Source of the DNA: Dehalococcoidia bacterium
GTDB lineage: Bacteria; Chloroflexota; Dehalococcoidia; UBA2979
Direction: 5' to 3'
Assembly: GCA_965262725.1 (NCBI GenBank)
Contig: OZ253555.1
Location: forward strand, 1,344,001 to 1,408,000
Length of the DNA stretch: 64,000 bases
Every line of letters begins with the position of its first letter. Position 1 is the first letter of the stretch. The translations under genes and the position numbers were made by a program. The notes below the pieces were generated by a model that ran no database searches, had not been told where the DNA came from, and was given only the letters and a program-made list of their open reading frames with translations. Below are positions 28,957 through 38,046 of this stretch, piece by piece.

Positions 28957-29730
28957 ATGGTGGAGATGGCCCGAGGCCTCCGGACGGACGGGCGTCCGGC
29001 GACGGTGTACGGCACGCGGGCGAAGCTCGGGCTGATCGTCCCGCCGACGAACACGGCCAACGAGGCGGAGTGGCAGCTCATGGTCCCGGAGGGGGTCAGC
29101 GTCCACGTCACGCGGATGCCTCTGCACACCGACACGACGAGCGAGGTGGGGCTGCGCGCGCTCTACGCCGACGTGGAGCGCGCCGCCTCCGACCTCGCGC
29201 AGGCCTCCGTCGACGTGATCGCCTACGGCTGCACGGCCGGCTCGATGACGGCACCGATGACGGCCCTCTGCGATTTCGTGACGGGGCTCACGGGCAGGCC
29301 GGCGGTGACCACGGCGGCCTCGCTGGTGTACGCGCTGCGAGCGCTGGGCGTGAGCCGCGTGGCGCTCGCGACGCCGTACCACGATGCGCTCAACGAGCAC
29401 GAGCGCGAGTTCTTGGCCGCGAACGGCGTCGAGGTGGTGGCGATGTCCGGCCTCGGCATCGGCGCCGGAGGCCCGCAGGAGTACGTCCGGATCGCCCGCG
29501 TTGACCTCGACGAGGTGCGCCGGCACGCGCACGCGGTCGACCGTCCAGAGGCCGAGGCACTCCTTATCAGCTGCACCGACTTCGCGACGCTGCCGCTCAT
29601 CGCCGAGCTCGAGGAAACGCTCGGCAAGCCGGTGGTGACGAGCAACCAGGCGACCTTCTGGGCCGCGCTGCGGGCGGCTGGGGACGACGGGCGCTTCGAG
29701 GGCTTCGGCGCTCTCCTGCGGGATCACTAG
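28957..29730 (+). CDS. Maleate cis-trans isomerase / Asp-Glu racemase family protein
   Basis: GLIVPPTN, YGCTAGS, TPY, ISCT, PVVTSNQA. Confidence 0.88.
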   Translation: MVEMARGLRTDGRPATVYGTRAKLGLIVPPTNTANEAEWQLMVPEGVSVHVTRMPLHTDTTSEVGLRALYADVERAASDLAQASVDVIAYGCTAGSMTAPMTALCDFVTGLTGRPAVTTAASLVYALRALGVSRVALATPYHDALNEHEREFLAANGVEVVAMSGLGIGAGGPQEYVRIARVDLDEVRRHAHAVDRPEAEALLISCTDFATLPLIAELEETLGKPVVTSNQATFWAALRAAGDDGRFEGFGALLRDH

Positions 29731-29898
29731 GGCCCCGCGCAGGAGCGTCGCCTTCCTTCGCGGGAGCGGCCGGGCGGGGCGGAGACTCCGCCCAGGGAGT
29801 CTTCTCCCGGTGACGATCTCGGGCCCGGCGCGTTGCCCCGGTCCATCGCGCGCGCTCTGATCTTGTGTAAGTCACTCGACTATGACAACATCTGTCGC

Positions 29899-31134
29899 GT
29901 GAGTGCCCTTCTTGCCACCCGCCGCACGATTGATCGCTCGACGCTCGCGGGCCTGCTCGCCCTCGCCGCCCTCGCGGCGGTCTACCTGCTCGCCCTACGC
30001 GTCGACGCGGCGTGGCCGGTCTTCTGGGTCGCGGGCGCCGCCTTCGGCGCGATCTCCCAGCGCAGCCGCTTCTGCTTCGTCGCCGGCTTCCGCGACCTCT
30101 TCCTCATGCGGCAGGGCCGGATGATGCGAGGTATCATCGCCGGCCTCGCCGTCGGCACTGTCGGCTTCGCGATGATCATGGCCACCGTCGTGCCCAACCC
30201 CGGCAGCGGCGTGCTGCCGTCCGACGCGCACATCCTGCCGCTCGGTATCGCGACGGTGCTCGGCGGGCTGCTCTTCGGCTTCGGGATGGTGCTCTCCGGC
30301 GGCTGCGTCAGTGGCTCGCTCTACCGCATGGGCGAGGGCTACCTCGGCTCGTGGGTTGCGATCGGGGGCGTGCTCGTCGGGCTCTACGGGCTGAATCGCA
30401 CCTGGAACTGGTGGTGGGACAACCAGATCAGCACCGATCGCATCTCATGGCTGCCAACGGATCTCACCTACACGGGCGCGATCGTGGTCACGTTGGCTCT
30501 GTTCGGGCTTGCCTTCTTCGCCGTCTCCTGGTGGGAGCGACGCGCTTTCGCCGGCATGACCTTCACGATCCCGATTACGAGCGCCACGTCGACCGGCGCC
30601 GCGCCGGGCACGACGCTCTCCGGGCTGGCCCGGCGCGTCTTCCGGGACGAGTGGACGCCGCTCATCGGTGGCATCGCGCTGGCCGCGGTCAACATCATGC
30701 TCTTCATCCGCTATCGCCCGATCGGCGTCGTGGGCGAACTCTCGCGCTGGTCCTCGGACTTTGCCGTCAATTTCGGCGCGGGGGTCGGCGAGCTCAAGGG
30801 CATTAGCGACATCCCAGGCTGCGTCCCGCGCTTCGTCGAGGGCACGTGGTTCAGCGATGCCTTCATGCTCAACGCAGGGATCATCGCAGGGGCCTTCACG
30901 GCCGCGCTCCTGGCGAGGGAGTTCCGGCTGCGCGTCCCGCGCGGCCCCAGGCGCTACGTGCAGTCGCTCGCCGGCGGCGTAGTAATGGGCTACGGGGCTG
31001 GCCTGGGGCTCGGCTGCACCATCGGCGCCTTCTTCTCGGCGATCCCCTCGCTCGCCCTCAACGGCTGGATCTACGCCGTCGCCCTCGCGGTCGGCGCCTA
31101 CGCGGGCACGGCAGTCATCCGGCGGTTCCCATGA
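29899..31134 (+). CDS. YeeE/YedE (TsuA-like) thiosulfate/sulfur transporter
   Basis: QRSRFCF, GGCVSGSLYRMGEG, GLGCTIG (three conserved Cys), multi-TM. Confidence 0.9.
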   Translation: MSALLATRRTIDRSTLAGLLALAALAAVYLLALRVDAAWPVFWVAGAAFGAISQRSRFCFVAGFRDLFLMRQGRMMRGIIAGLAVGTVGFAMIMATVVPNPGSGVLPSDAHILPLGIATVLGGLLFGFGMVLSGGCVSGSLYRMGEGYLGSWVAIGGVLVGLYGLNRTWNWWWDNQISTDRISWLPTDLTYTGAIVVTLALFGLAFFAVSWWERRAFAGMTFTIPITSATSTGAAPGTTLSGLARRVFRDEWTPLIGGIALAAVNIMLFIRYRPIGVVGELSRWSSDFAVNFGAGVGELKGISDIPGCVPRFVEGTWFSDAFMLNAGIIAGAFTAALLAREFRLRVPRGPRRYVQSLAGGVVMGYGAGLGLGCTIGAFFSAIPSLALNGWIYAVALAVGAYAGTAVIRRFP

Positions 31135-31430
31135 GCAGCAGCGCGGCCATGGAGGAGATCCTGGACCTGCGCGGGCGTCCGGCCGCCGAGCAGATGCGCG
31201 CCGCGCACGAGGCGGTCGAGCGCGCCGTTGGGGGTGCCGGGATGCACATCCTCACCGACCTCGAAGTGGTCGCCACCTACGTGCTGCCGGCGGCCGCGCA
31301 GCGCGGCCTGCGCTGCCGCGTCGAGCCGCCGACGAGCGGGACGCGGGCACTGCGCCTGTTGCCCGCTGACCGCACGCCCGCCGACACGGAATCAGGCGAC
31401 GAGTCAGGAAACAGGGAGGGGAACCCATGA
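31131..31430 (+). CDS. TusA-like protein lacking the CPxP motif
   Basis: LDLRG.....ILTD...AAQRG pattern; ATGA overlaps on both sides. Confidence 0.6.
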   Translation: MSSSAAMEEILDLRGRPAAEQMRAAHEAVERAVGGAGMHILTDLEVVATYVLPAAAQRGLRCRVEPPTSGTRALRLLPADRTPADTESGDESGNREGNP

Positions 31431-31678
31431 CCGCCACGAACGAGGCGCCGGTACTGGACGTGCGCGGCGAGATCTGTCCGTACCCCATGCTTCGCACCAC
31501 GCGCGAGCTCGACGACGTGCGGCCCGGCGTGCCGGAGCTGACGGTGCTCACCGATCACCCGCCCGCGCTCTCGACGATTCCGCCCGAGGCGATGAAGCGT
31601 GGCTACGGGTGCGAGATCAGCGAGCGGAGACCCGGCGAGTGGGCGATCCGCATCTTCAGTGCCGAGGCCGCCGGCTAG
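31427..31678 (+). CDS. tusA: Sulfur carrier TusA/YeeD family protein
   Basis: LDVRGEICPYPM, LTDHPPA. Confidence 0.88.
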   Translation: MTATNEAPVLDVRGEICPYPMLRTTRELDDVRPGVPELTVLTDHPPALSTIPPEAMKRGYGCEISERRPGEWAIRIFSAEAAG

Positions 31679-31745
31679 GGCGGTGCCTGCAGGAACTCGT
31701 GTGAACGCGGTCGCGAGGAGACCGCATAGAAAGCAGAGGACTCAC

Positions 31746-32717
31746 ATGGAACGATCACGAAGGACGAGGCGCGGATCGACGCTTTGGGGCCGCACGGCCG
31801 GGCTGCTGGCATTGGCCGTGCTGGCGGGCGCCGCGCTTATCACGGGCTGTGGCGACGATGAAGACTCGAAGGCCGTGAAGGGCCTCGAGGAGCGCGGCTA
31901 CCACGACACGTCGCGGCTCGTTACCACCCAGTGGATCGAGGACCACCTCGACGACGACTCGGTCGTACTCATCGACCTGCGCAACGAGGAGAGCTACGCC
32001 GCCGGCCACATCCCGGGGGCAATCAGGCTGAACGCCGGCGGGTCGTTCCAGAAGGAGATCGACGGTGTGTCCGGGTTGATCCCGCCGGCCGAGGAGGTGG
32101 CTGCGGTGCTCGCCGGGGTCGGAGCGACGGCCGATAGCACCATCGTCTTCTACGACCAGCGCGGTTCGATCTGGGCGTCGCGCGGCCTCTGGGTGCTCTC
32201 CGTCTACGGCCACGACGACGTCCGACTGCTCGACGGGGACTTCCCGCTCTGGGAGACCGAGGGCCGTGCGGCCAGCACCGAGACGCCCGCCGTGGTGAGT
32301 TCGTCCTACGCCTTTGCGTCTGACCCCAACAACGACGTGATCGCCGGCTGGGACGAGATCATCGCGTCGATCGACGACCCGAGTGTCCTGGTCTGCGACG
32401 CGCGCTCGCCCGAGGAGTACGCGGGCCGCGACGTGCGCGCCGACCGCGGCGGGCACATCCCGGAGTCTTTGAACGTTGAGTGGAGCCGCGCCATCGGCGA
32501 GGACGGCCGGTTCCTCCCCGCCGACGAGCTGCGCGAACTCTACGACGGCGAAGGCGTCGTGGCGGGGAACACTGTGTACACGCTCTGCCAGACGGCGGTG
32601 CGCGCTACGCACACCTGGTTCGTCCTGAGCGATCTGCTCGGCTACTCGGACGTGCGTGTCTACGACGGATCCTGGACCGAGTACGGCAACCGCGAGGATT
32701 CGCCCATCGATTCGTAA
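31746..32717 (+). CDS. Two-domain rhodanese/sulfurtransferase lipoprotein
   Basis: Lipobox LITGC, GHIPGA, active site CQTAVR, YDGSWTEY. Confidence 0.92.
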   Translation: MERSRRTRRGSTLWGRTAGLLALAVLAGAALITGCGDDEDSKAVKGLEERGYHDTSRLVTTQWIEDHLDDDSVVLIDLRNEESYAAGHIPGAIRLNAGGSFQKEIDGVSGLIPPAEEVAAVLAGVGATADSTIVFYDQRGSIWASRGLWVLSVYGHDDVRLLDGDFPLWETEGRAASTETPAVVSSSYAFASDPNNDVIAGWDEIIASIDDPSVLVCDARSPEEYAGRDVRADRGGHIPESLNVEWSRAIGEDGRFLPADELRELYDGEGVVAGNTVYTLCQTAVRATHTWFVLSDLLGYSDVRVYDGSWTEYGNREDSPIDS

Positions 32718-32877
32718 CGTTGTCCTGCGGTCGACGAGACCGCGGGCGGGTGCCCCGGAGCAGGTCCCGCGTGCCCAGGCACGCGGGACCTCTCTGTGCG
32801 GGCGGTTGACCCGGCTGCGACGTGCGCGGGCTCCGGCGTGCCGCGTCCACGGGGCACCCTTCGGGCGCCGGCGGGCG

Positions 32878-33663
32878 CTAGTGCTCCTCGAAGAGGAGTC
32901 CCATCCCGGCGATCTGGTCCTGGATACCGAGCGTCCTCAGCGTGTGCCAGGCGTTCGCGATGTTGATCGGGATCACGGGCTTGCCGAGCTGGTGCTCGAG
33001 CGTCGGGAAGATGTCGACGGCCGAGAGGTTCGTCCCCACCTGGACGATCGCGTCGACGCCGGCTGCTTCGAGCTCGCGCACGGCCTCGAATACCTCGGTG
33101 CGCGGCGTGTGCGCGATCGAGGTAGCGGTGGCGCACCTCAGGCCAACGATCTTGCGCACGTCGAAATCCATGTCGCCGAAGAACGCGCGCACGTTCTCGT
33201 CACCGATCGGCTGGTAGGGCGTGAGGACGCCCAGTCGCCGCGCGCCGAACGTGTGGAGCGCGTCGACGCACGCGGCCGCGCCGGTCGTGAGCGGGATGTC
33301 TCCGATCTGCTCCTTGACGCGGCGGATGAACTCCTCGTTGCCGGCGAGGCCGCCCCAGAAGGTCTCGGCGCTCATGCCCATCATCACGGCGGTGGGTTCG
33401 CAGGTGAGCAGGTCACGTACGGCGATCGGGATTTCCGTGCGGATGAACTCGAGGAAGGCCAGGAAGGCATCATCCGTGTCGAGGGCCGGTGACTCCACGA
33501 AGAAGCGGCCGGGGTGCCAGGTCACGCCGGGGAGTGAGATCTTGCCGAGGTCGTACTCGACAGCCGTGTTGGTCGAAGGGATCACCACCCCGACGCGCGC
33601 GCGGTAGCCGATGTAGTTCTCAAGCGGCGCGTCCATCGTCCCGGCATCGGCTACGGTCGTCAT
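32878..33663 (-). CDS. Maleate isomerase/arylmalonate decarboxylase-like protein (Cys-less variant)
   Basis: GVVIPSTN, MGMSAETFW, TPY, QVGTNL. Confidence 0.82.
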   Translation of the reverse strand: MTTVADAGTMDAPLENYIGYRARVGVVIPSTNTAVEYDLGKISLPGVTWHPGRFFVESPALDTDDAFLAFLEFIRTEIPIAVRDLLTCEPTAVMMGMSAETFWGGLAGNEEFIRRVKEQIGDIPLTTGAAACVDALHTFGARRLGVLTPYQPIGDENVRAFFGDMDFDVRKIVGLRCATATSIAHTPRTEVFEAVRELEAAGVDAIVQVGTNLSAVDIFPTLEHQLGKPVIPINIANAWHTLRTLGIQDQIAGMGLLFEEH

Positions 33664-34385
33664 CGCGTCTCTCCGATCCTCCGAGTAACCGGCGTGGCGG
33701 ACCCGGCGCCTCCCTCGGCTTCGCCGGCGCGGCTCCGGGCAATCATGGCGGCCACGGCCTCCGTCGCCACCACGAGGTCGGCGTACTTCTGCTCCATGTC
33801 GAACAGGTTTGCCTCGTGGGGTCCGAGCGCGCGGTCGCCGACGCAGTCCCGCACGACGACGGCGCGCAGATTGTAGCTCATGGCATCGACGACGCTGGCC
33901 CGCACGCAACCCGACGTCGTGGCACCGGTCACGACCAGCGTGTCGGCGCCACGGCCGAGGAGCCACGGTGCGAGATCGGTGCCGAAGAAGGCCGAGGGCT
34001 GCGTCTTCCGGATCACGTGCTCGCCGGGCTCGGGCGTCAGCTCGGCGACGATCTGACTCCCCTCCGCCTCCTCTGTGAGGTCGAGGAGTCCCGGCGCCTT
34101 CTGTGTGAAGACGCCGGCGTCGGAGCCGTCGCTCGCGTAGACGACGCGCGTGAAGGCCACCGGGAGACCGGCCCGCCGAGCGGCCTCGAGCACGGGCCGC
34201 GTGTTGGCGATTGCCTCGGCGATGTTGCCCCCGCCGAAGCGCGCGGGGTCGGCGAACGCGTTAGTGAAGTCGACCACGAGCAGTGCAGGGCGATCGCCGA
34301 AGCCGACCGGGCCTCCGAGCCCCTGACGCCGGTAGAGCGCGAGGTCCGCATCGGTCGCGGGCGGTCGCCCGTCCGTCCCCTTCAC
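33660..34385 (-). CDS. Isochorismatase family amidohydrolase (maleamate amidohydrolase/N-carbamoylsarcosine amidase-like)
   Basis: GFGDRPALLVVDF, SAFFGT, GATTSGCVRASVVDA, HEANLFDM. Confidence 0.88.
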   Translation of the reverse strand: MKGTDGRPPATDADLALYRRQGLGGPVGFGDRPALLVVDFTNAFADPARFGGGNIAEAIANTRPVLEAARRAGLPVAFTRVVYASDGSDAGVFTQKAPGLLDLTEEAEGSQIVAELTPEPGEHVIRKTQPSAFFGTDLAPWLLGRGADTLVVTGATTSGCVRASVVDAMSYNLRAVVVRDCVGDRALGPHEANLFDMEQKYADLVVATEAVAAMIARSRAGEAEGGAGSATPVTRRIGETR

Positions 34386-35584
34386 GCGATCTCTCGCTCG
34401 CGCTCGAGGGAGACGATCATCGAGGAGCCGCGCAGGAACGCGAGCGCCGCCTCCGGAGTCTCCGCGGTGCGCCTCCATTCGTCGTGTCGCTCCCGCCTGA
34501 GGCGGGGATCGGTCTCGCGCATCAGCTCCCGGTTCCGGACCGTCGCCGCCTGCACGTGCTCGATGCAGACCGTGCGGCGCTGCCGCTCGTAGCGATCGAG
34601 CAGCGAGCCGTCCGCCCCCCGCCAGATCTCGATGAGCTTCTTGGCCAGGTTCACCGCGTCGTGCACGCTCCCGTTCATCCCCATCCCGCCGAGCGGGTTG
34701 TTGACGTGGGCGGCGTCGCCGACGAGCAGGATGCGGCCGAGCCGGTAGCGCTCGGCGACGCGCTGGTGCACGCGGTAGAGCGATCGGTGGGTGACCTCGT
34801 AGGGCTCCGATCGCGGGAGTACGCTCTGCATGCGGCGCTGCACGCTCGCGTCGCCGGTGAGGTCCCCGTCGTCGTGCTCGGGACCAGTGGGGAAGAGCAC
34901 GCGCCAGAAGTAGCGCGTGCGGAGCAGGACCAGCCACTCCTCGGGGTCCGAGACGTAGTTGACGAAGCTCAGGTCCTCGATCTCCTCCCGGAAGTCGAAG
35001 GGTGTCGTCAGCACGAGGAAAAACTCCGGCAAAGTGAGCCCCTGGAACTCGATGCCCTGCGAGATGCGGACGAGTGAGGCGGCACCGTCGGCGCCTATCA
35101 GGTAGCGCCCGCGCTCGGTCCGCTCCTGCATGTCCTCGAAGCGGATGAGCGCGGAGACGCCGCCCCCGTTCTGGTGCGCCCCCACCACGGACTCGCCGAA
35201 GCGGACCTCGCAGCCGCCGCTCGCCACCAGGCGGTCGAGCAGGATCTGCGTGAACTTCCACTGCTCGGTCTGAACGCGATACGGATGGGAGGTGAGGCCG
35301 GCGAGGATCGAGAGGTCGAAGGTGGCGATCGGTCCGGTACGCCGGTCGCGGTACTGCCAGGTGGGGGCGATGAGCCCCTGTTCCATCACGCGCTCGGTGA
35401 CACCGCCGAGTTCGTCGAGCATGTCGAGCGTCGGCGGATGGAAGGTCGAGGCTCGCGGATCGATGGGGAGGCTCTGCTCGGCCTCGAAAACCGTGACGGG
35501 GATGCCGGCGTCCACGAGGAACGCGGCGGCGCTCAGCCCCGCCGGTCCGGCCCCGGCTATGAGCACGCGGTCCTCGTCGGCCAT
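34382..35584 (-). CDS. FAD-dependent monooxygenase (aromatic hydroxylase family)
   Basis: GAGPAG, IGADG, GDAAH..P.GGMGMN. Confidence 0.92.
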   Translation of the reverse strand: MADEDRVLIAGAGPAGLSAAAFLVDAGIPVTVFEAEQSLPIDPRASTFHPPTLDMLDELGGVTERVMEQGLIAPTWQYRDRRTGPIATFDLSILAGLTSHPYRVQTEQWKFTQILLDRLVASGGCEVRFGESVVGAHQNGGGVSALIRFEDMQERTERGRYLIGADGAASLVRISQGIEFQGLTLPEFFLVLTTPFDFREEIEDLSFVNYVSDPEEWLVLLRTRYFWRVLFPTGPEHDDGDLTGDASVQRRMQSVLPRSEPYEVTHRSLYRVHQRVAERYRLGRILLVGDAAHVNNPLGGMGMNGSVHDAVNLAKKLIEIWRGADGSLLDRYERQRRTVCIEHVQAATVRNRELMRETDPRLRRERHDEWRRTAETPEAALAFLRGSSMIVSLEREREIA

Positions 35585-35690
35585 CGTCCGGCCCGCCTCC
35601 CTGCGTTGACGCGCGAGGACTCCTGTATACAATCCGCCGAGATTTCTGCCCACCGCCGGTGCGGTGGCGCCCCGGAAGAATGGAGCTCCC

Positions 35691-36623
35691 GTGCCCTACG
35701 ACTTCGTGCCGCTCCCGGCGCGCCAGCCCCTTCGCTGGCCCAACGGCGCGCGCCTCGCGCTGATGATCAGCTTCAACCTGGAGCACTGGGACCTGGTGAA
35801 GGAGACTGACCTCCCCTACTACGCAGGGGGGCCGCCCGCGCTCCCGGATCCCCTCCCCGGCCGCGTGGCGGACTTCCACAACTACTCGTGGCGCGAGTAC
35901 GGCCAGCGAGTGGGGATCTGGCGGATGATTCGCGTCATGGACGAGGCCGGCGTTCCCGCAGGCTGCACCATGAACGCCAAGACCGGGCTCGAGCGCCGCG
36001 CGATCATCGACGCCGCGCTCGAACGCGGCTGGGAGTTGATCGCCCACAACTACGAGCAGGGAGACCTGCTCACCAACTACGACGGCAACCCCGACGACGA
36101 GCGCACGCTGGTACGCGAGACGCTCCGCGTCTTCGAGGAGGTCACGGGGCGACGGGCGAGGGGCTGGCTATCGTCGTCCCTTCGGGGCACGCAGGCGACG
36201 CCGGAGATCCTCGCGAGCGAGGGGCTGATTTTTTTCTGCGACTATATGAACGACGATCAGCCCTACCTGATCCAGACGGCTCACGGCCCGATCGTCTCCA
36301 CGCCGTACTCAGTCGAGATCAACGACTTCACGCTCTTCCACCGCCGCGGCATGACCACCTCGCAGGTGCTGGAGTCGCTCATCGAGCAGTTCGACCAGCT
36401 CTACGCCGAGGGCGCCGAGTCCGGGCGCCTCATGAACGTGGGACTGCACCCCCACGTCTCCGGTCATCCCTACAGGATTCGCGCCCTCCGCGAGTTCGTC
36501 GAGCACGCGAAGAGGCACGAGGGCGTGTGGTGGGCCACCCGCGAGGAGATCGCCGAGTGGTACCTGGAGAACCACGCGAGCCACATCCCGCCCCCAGACG
36601 GCACCGCAGACACGACCGCGTAG
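35691..36623 (+). CDS. Polysaccharide deacetylase/PuuE-like hydrolase
   Basis: WPNGARLA, REYGQRVGIWR, DDQPY, GLHPHVSG. Confidence 0.88.
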   Translation: MPYDFVPLPARQPLRWPNGARLALMISFNLEHWDLVKETDLPYYAGGPPALPDPLPGRVADFHNYSWREYGQRVGIWRMIRVMDEAGVPAGCTMNAKTGLERRAIIDAALERGWELIAHNYEQGDLLTNYDGNPDDERTLVRETLRVFEEVTGRRARGWLSSSLRGTQATPEILASEGLIFFCDYMNDDQPYLIQTAHGPIVSTPYSVEINDFTLFHRRGMTTSQVLESLIEQFDQLYAEGAESGRLMNVGLHPHVSGHPYRIRALREFVEHAKRHEGVWWATREEIAEWYLENHASHIPPPDGTADTTA

Positions 36624-36642
36624 GGGCTCGGGGCCAGGTCCG

Positions 36643-37335
36643 GTGGTCGCCGCCGTCTACGAGACGCCGGACGACGCCCTCGAGGGCGTCGAGGACGGCG
36701 CGACAGTGATGGTCGGTGGCTTCGTCTCGGCCGGCTCGCCGTCGAATCTGATCCTCGCGCTGAAGCGGCGCGGCACCAGCGGCCTCACGGCGATCGCCAA
36801 CAATATCGGACTCGGCGACAAGCTCGACGAGCTCTGCGAGGGTCGCCAGCTTCGGAAGATGGTCGCGAGCTTCGCCATCCGGGCCTCCGGCGGGCGCCGC
36901 AGTCGCTTCGAGGAGCAGTACCACGCGGGCGAGGTCGAACTGGAGCTCGTGCCGCAGGGCACGCTCGCCGAGCGTATCCGCGCCGGCGGCGCTGGCATCG
37001 GTGGGTTCCTCACTCGCACCGGGCTCGGCACGCCCCTCGCCGAGGGGAAGCAGGAGCTCGAGGTGGGGGGGGAGCGCTACCTGCTTGAACGCCCGCTGCG
37101 CGCCGACGTCGCGCTGATCAAGGCGGCGCGCGCCGACCGGCTCGGAAACCTCGTCTACCGGGAGGCGGGTCGGAATTTCAACCCCGTGATGGCGACGGCG
37201 GCGGATCTGGTGATCGCCGAAGTCGAGGAGATCGTCGAGCCGGGTGAGCTCGATGCCGAGCGCATCGGCACCCCCGCGGTCTACGTCGACCGGGTCGTGC
37301 GCTGCGACGCAGTCGAAGTGCGCTGGTCCGGCTAG
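36643..37335 (+). CDS. 3-oxoacid CoA-transferase subunit A
   Basis: MVGGF, PQGTLAERIRAGGAG, GNLVYR...NFNP. Confidence 0.93.
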   Translation: MVAAVYETPDDALEGVEDGATVMVGGFVSAGSPSNLILALKRRGTSGLTAIANNIGLGDKLDELCEGRQLRKMVASFAIRASGGRRSRFEEQYHAGEVELELVPQGTLAERIRAGGAGIGGFLTRTGLGTPLAEGKQELEVGGERYLLERPLRADVALIKAARADRLGNLVYREAGRNFNPVMATAADLVIAEVEEIVEPGELDAERIGTPAVYVDRVVRCDAVEVRWSG

Positions 37336-37365
37336 GCCGGTTCGGGCGACGGAGGAGGCGCGACG

Positions 37366-38025
37366 ATGCCCGGCGGGCTGACACGAGAACTCATCGCCCT
37401 GCGTACCGCGCGCGAGCTCGGGGACGGCATGGTCGTCAACCTCGGGATCGGCCTCCCGACGGAGGTCGCCGGCTTCCTACCCGAGGGCCGCACCGTGCTC
37501 TTCCAGGCGGAGAACGGGATCCTCGGCTACGGGGGCATCAGCGATCGGGACTTCGACCCGGACCGAATCAACGCCGGCGGGCAGCCCGTCGAGCTGCTCC
37601 CCGGTGCGAGCTTCTTCGACAGCGCCTCCTCCTTCGCGATGATCCGCGGCGGGCACGTCGATGTCGCGGTGCTGGGCGGCCTCCAGGTCTCAGAGCGGGG
37701 CGACCTCGCGAACTGGTTCGTCCCGGAGCGCGGCGGAGGCTCGGTCGGGGGCGCGATGGATCTCGCCGTGGGCGCCCGCCGCCTGATCGTGGCGATGGCG
37801 CATCGCACGCGCGAGGGCGGACCGCGTATCGTCCGCGAGTGCTCCTACCCGCTCACGGCGCCCGCGTGCGTCGACCTGATCGTGACCGATCTCGCGGTGA
37901 TCGAGGTAACGCCTGTGGGCCTTCTCCTGCGCGAGGTCGCTCCCGGCGTCAGCGCCGGCGAGGTGCAGGCCGCGACGGAGCCCGAGCTCGTTCTCGCCGA
38001 CGACCTGCACGAGATGGCGCTCTAG
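37366..38025 (+). CDS. 3-oxoacid CoA-transferase subunit B
   Basis: [25 protein letters not shown]. Confidence 0.93.
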   Translation: MPGGLTRELIALRTARELGDGMVVNLGIGLPTEVAGFLPEGRTVLFQAENGILGYGGISDRDFDPDRINAGGQPVELLPGASFFDSASSFAMIRGGHVDVAVLGGLQVSERGDLANWFVPERGGGSVGGAMDLAVGARRLIVAMAHRTREGGPRIVRECSYPLTAPACVDLIVTDLAVIEVTPVGLLLREVAPGVSAGEVQAATEPELVLADDLHEMAL

Positions 38026-38046
38026 CGCCGGAGGGAGGCTTCACGG

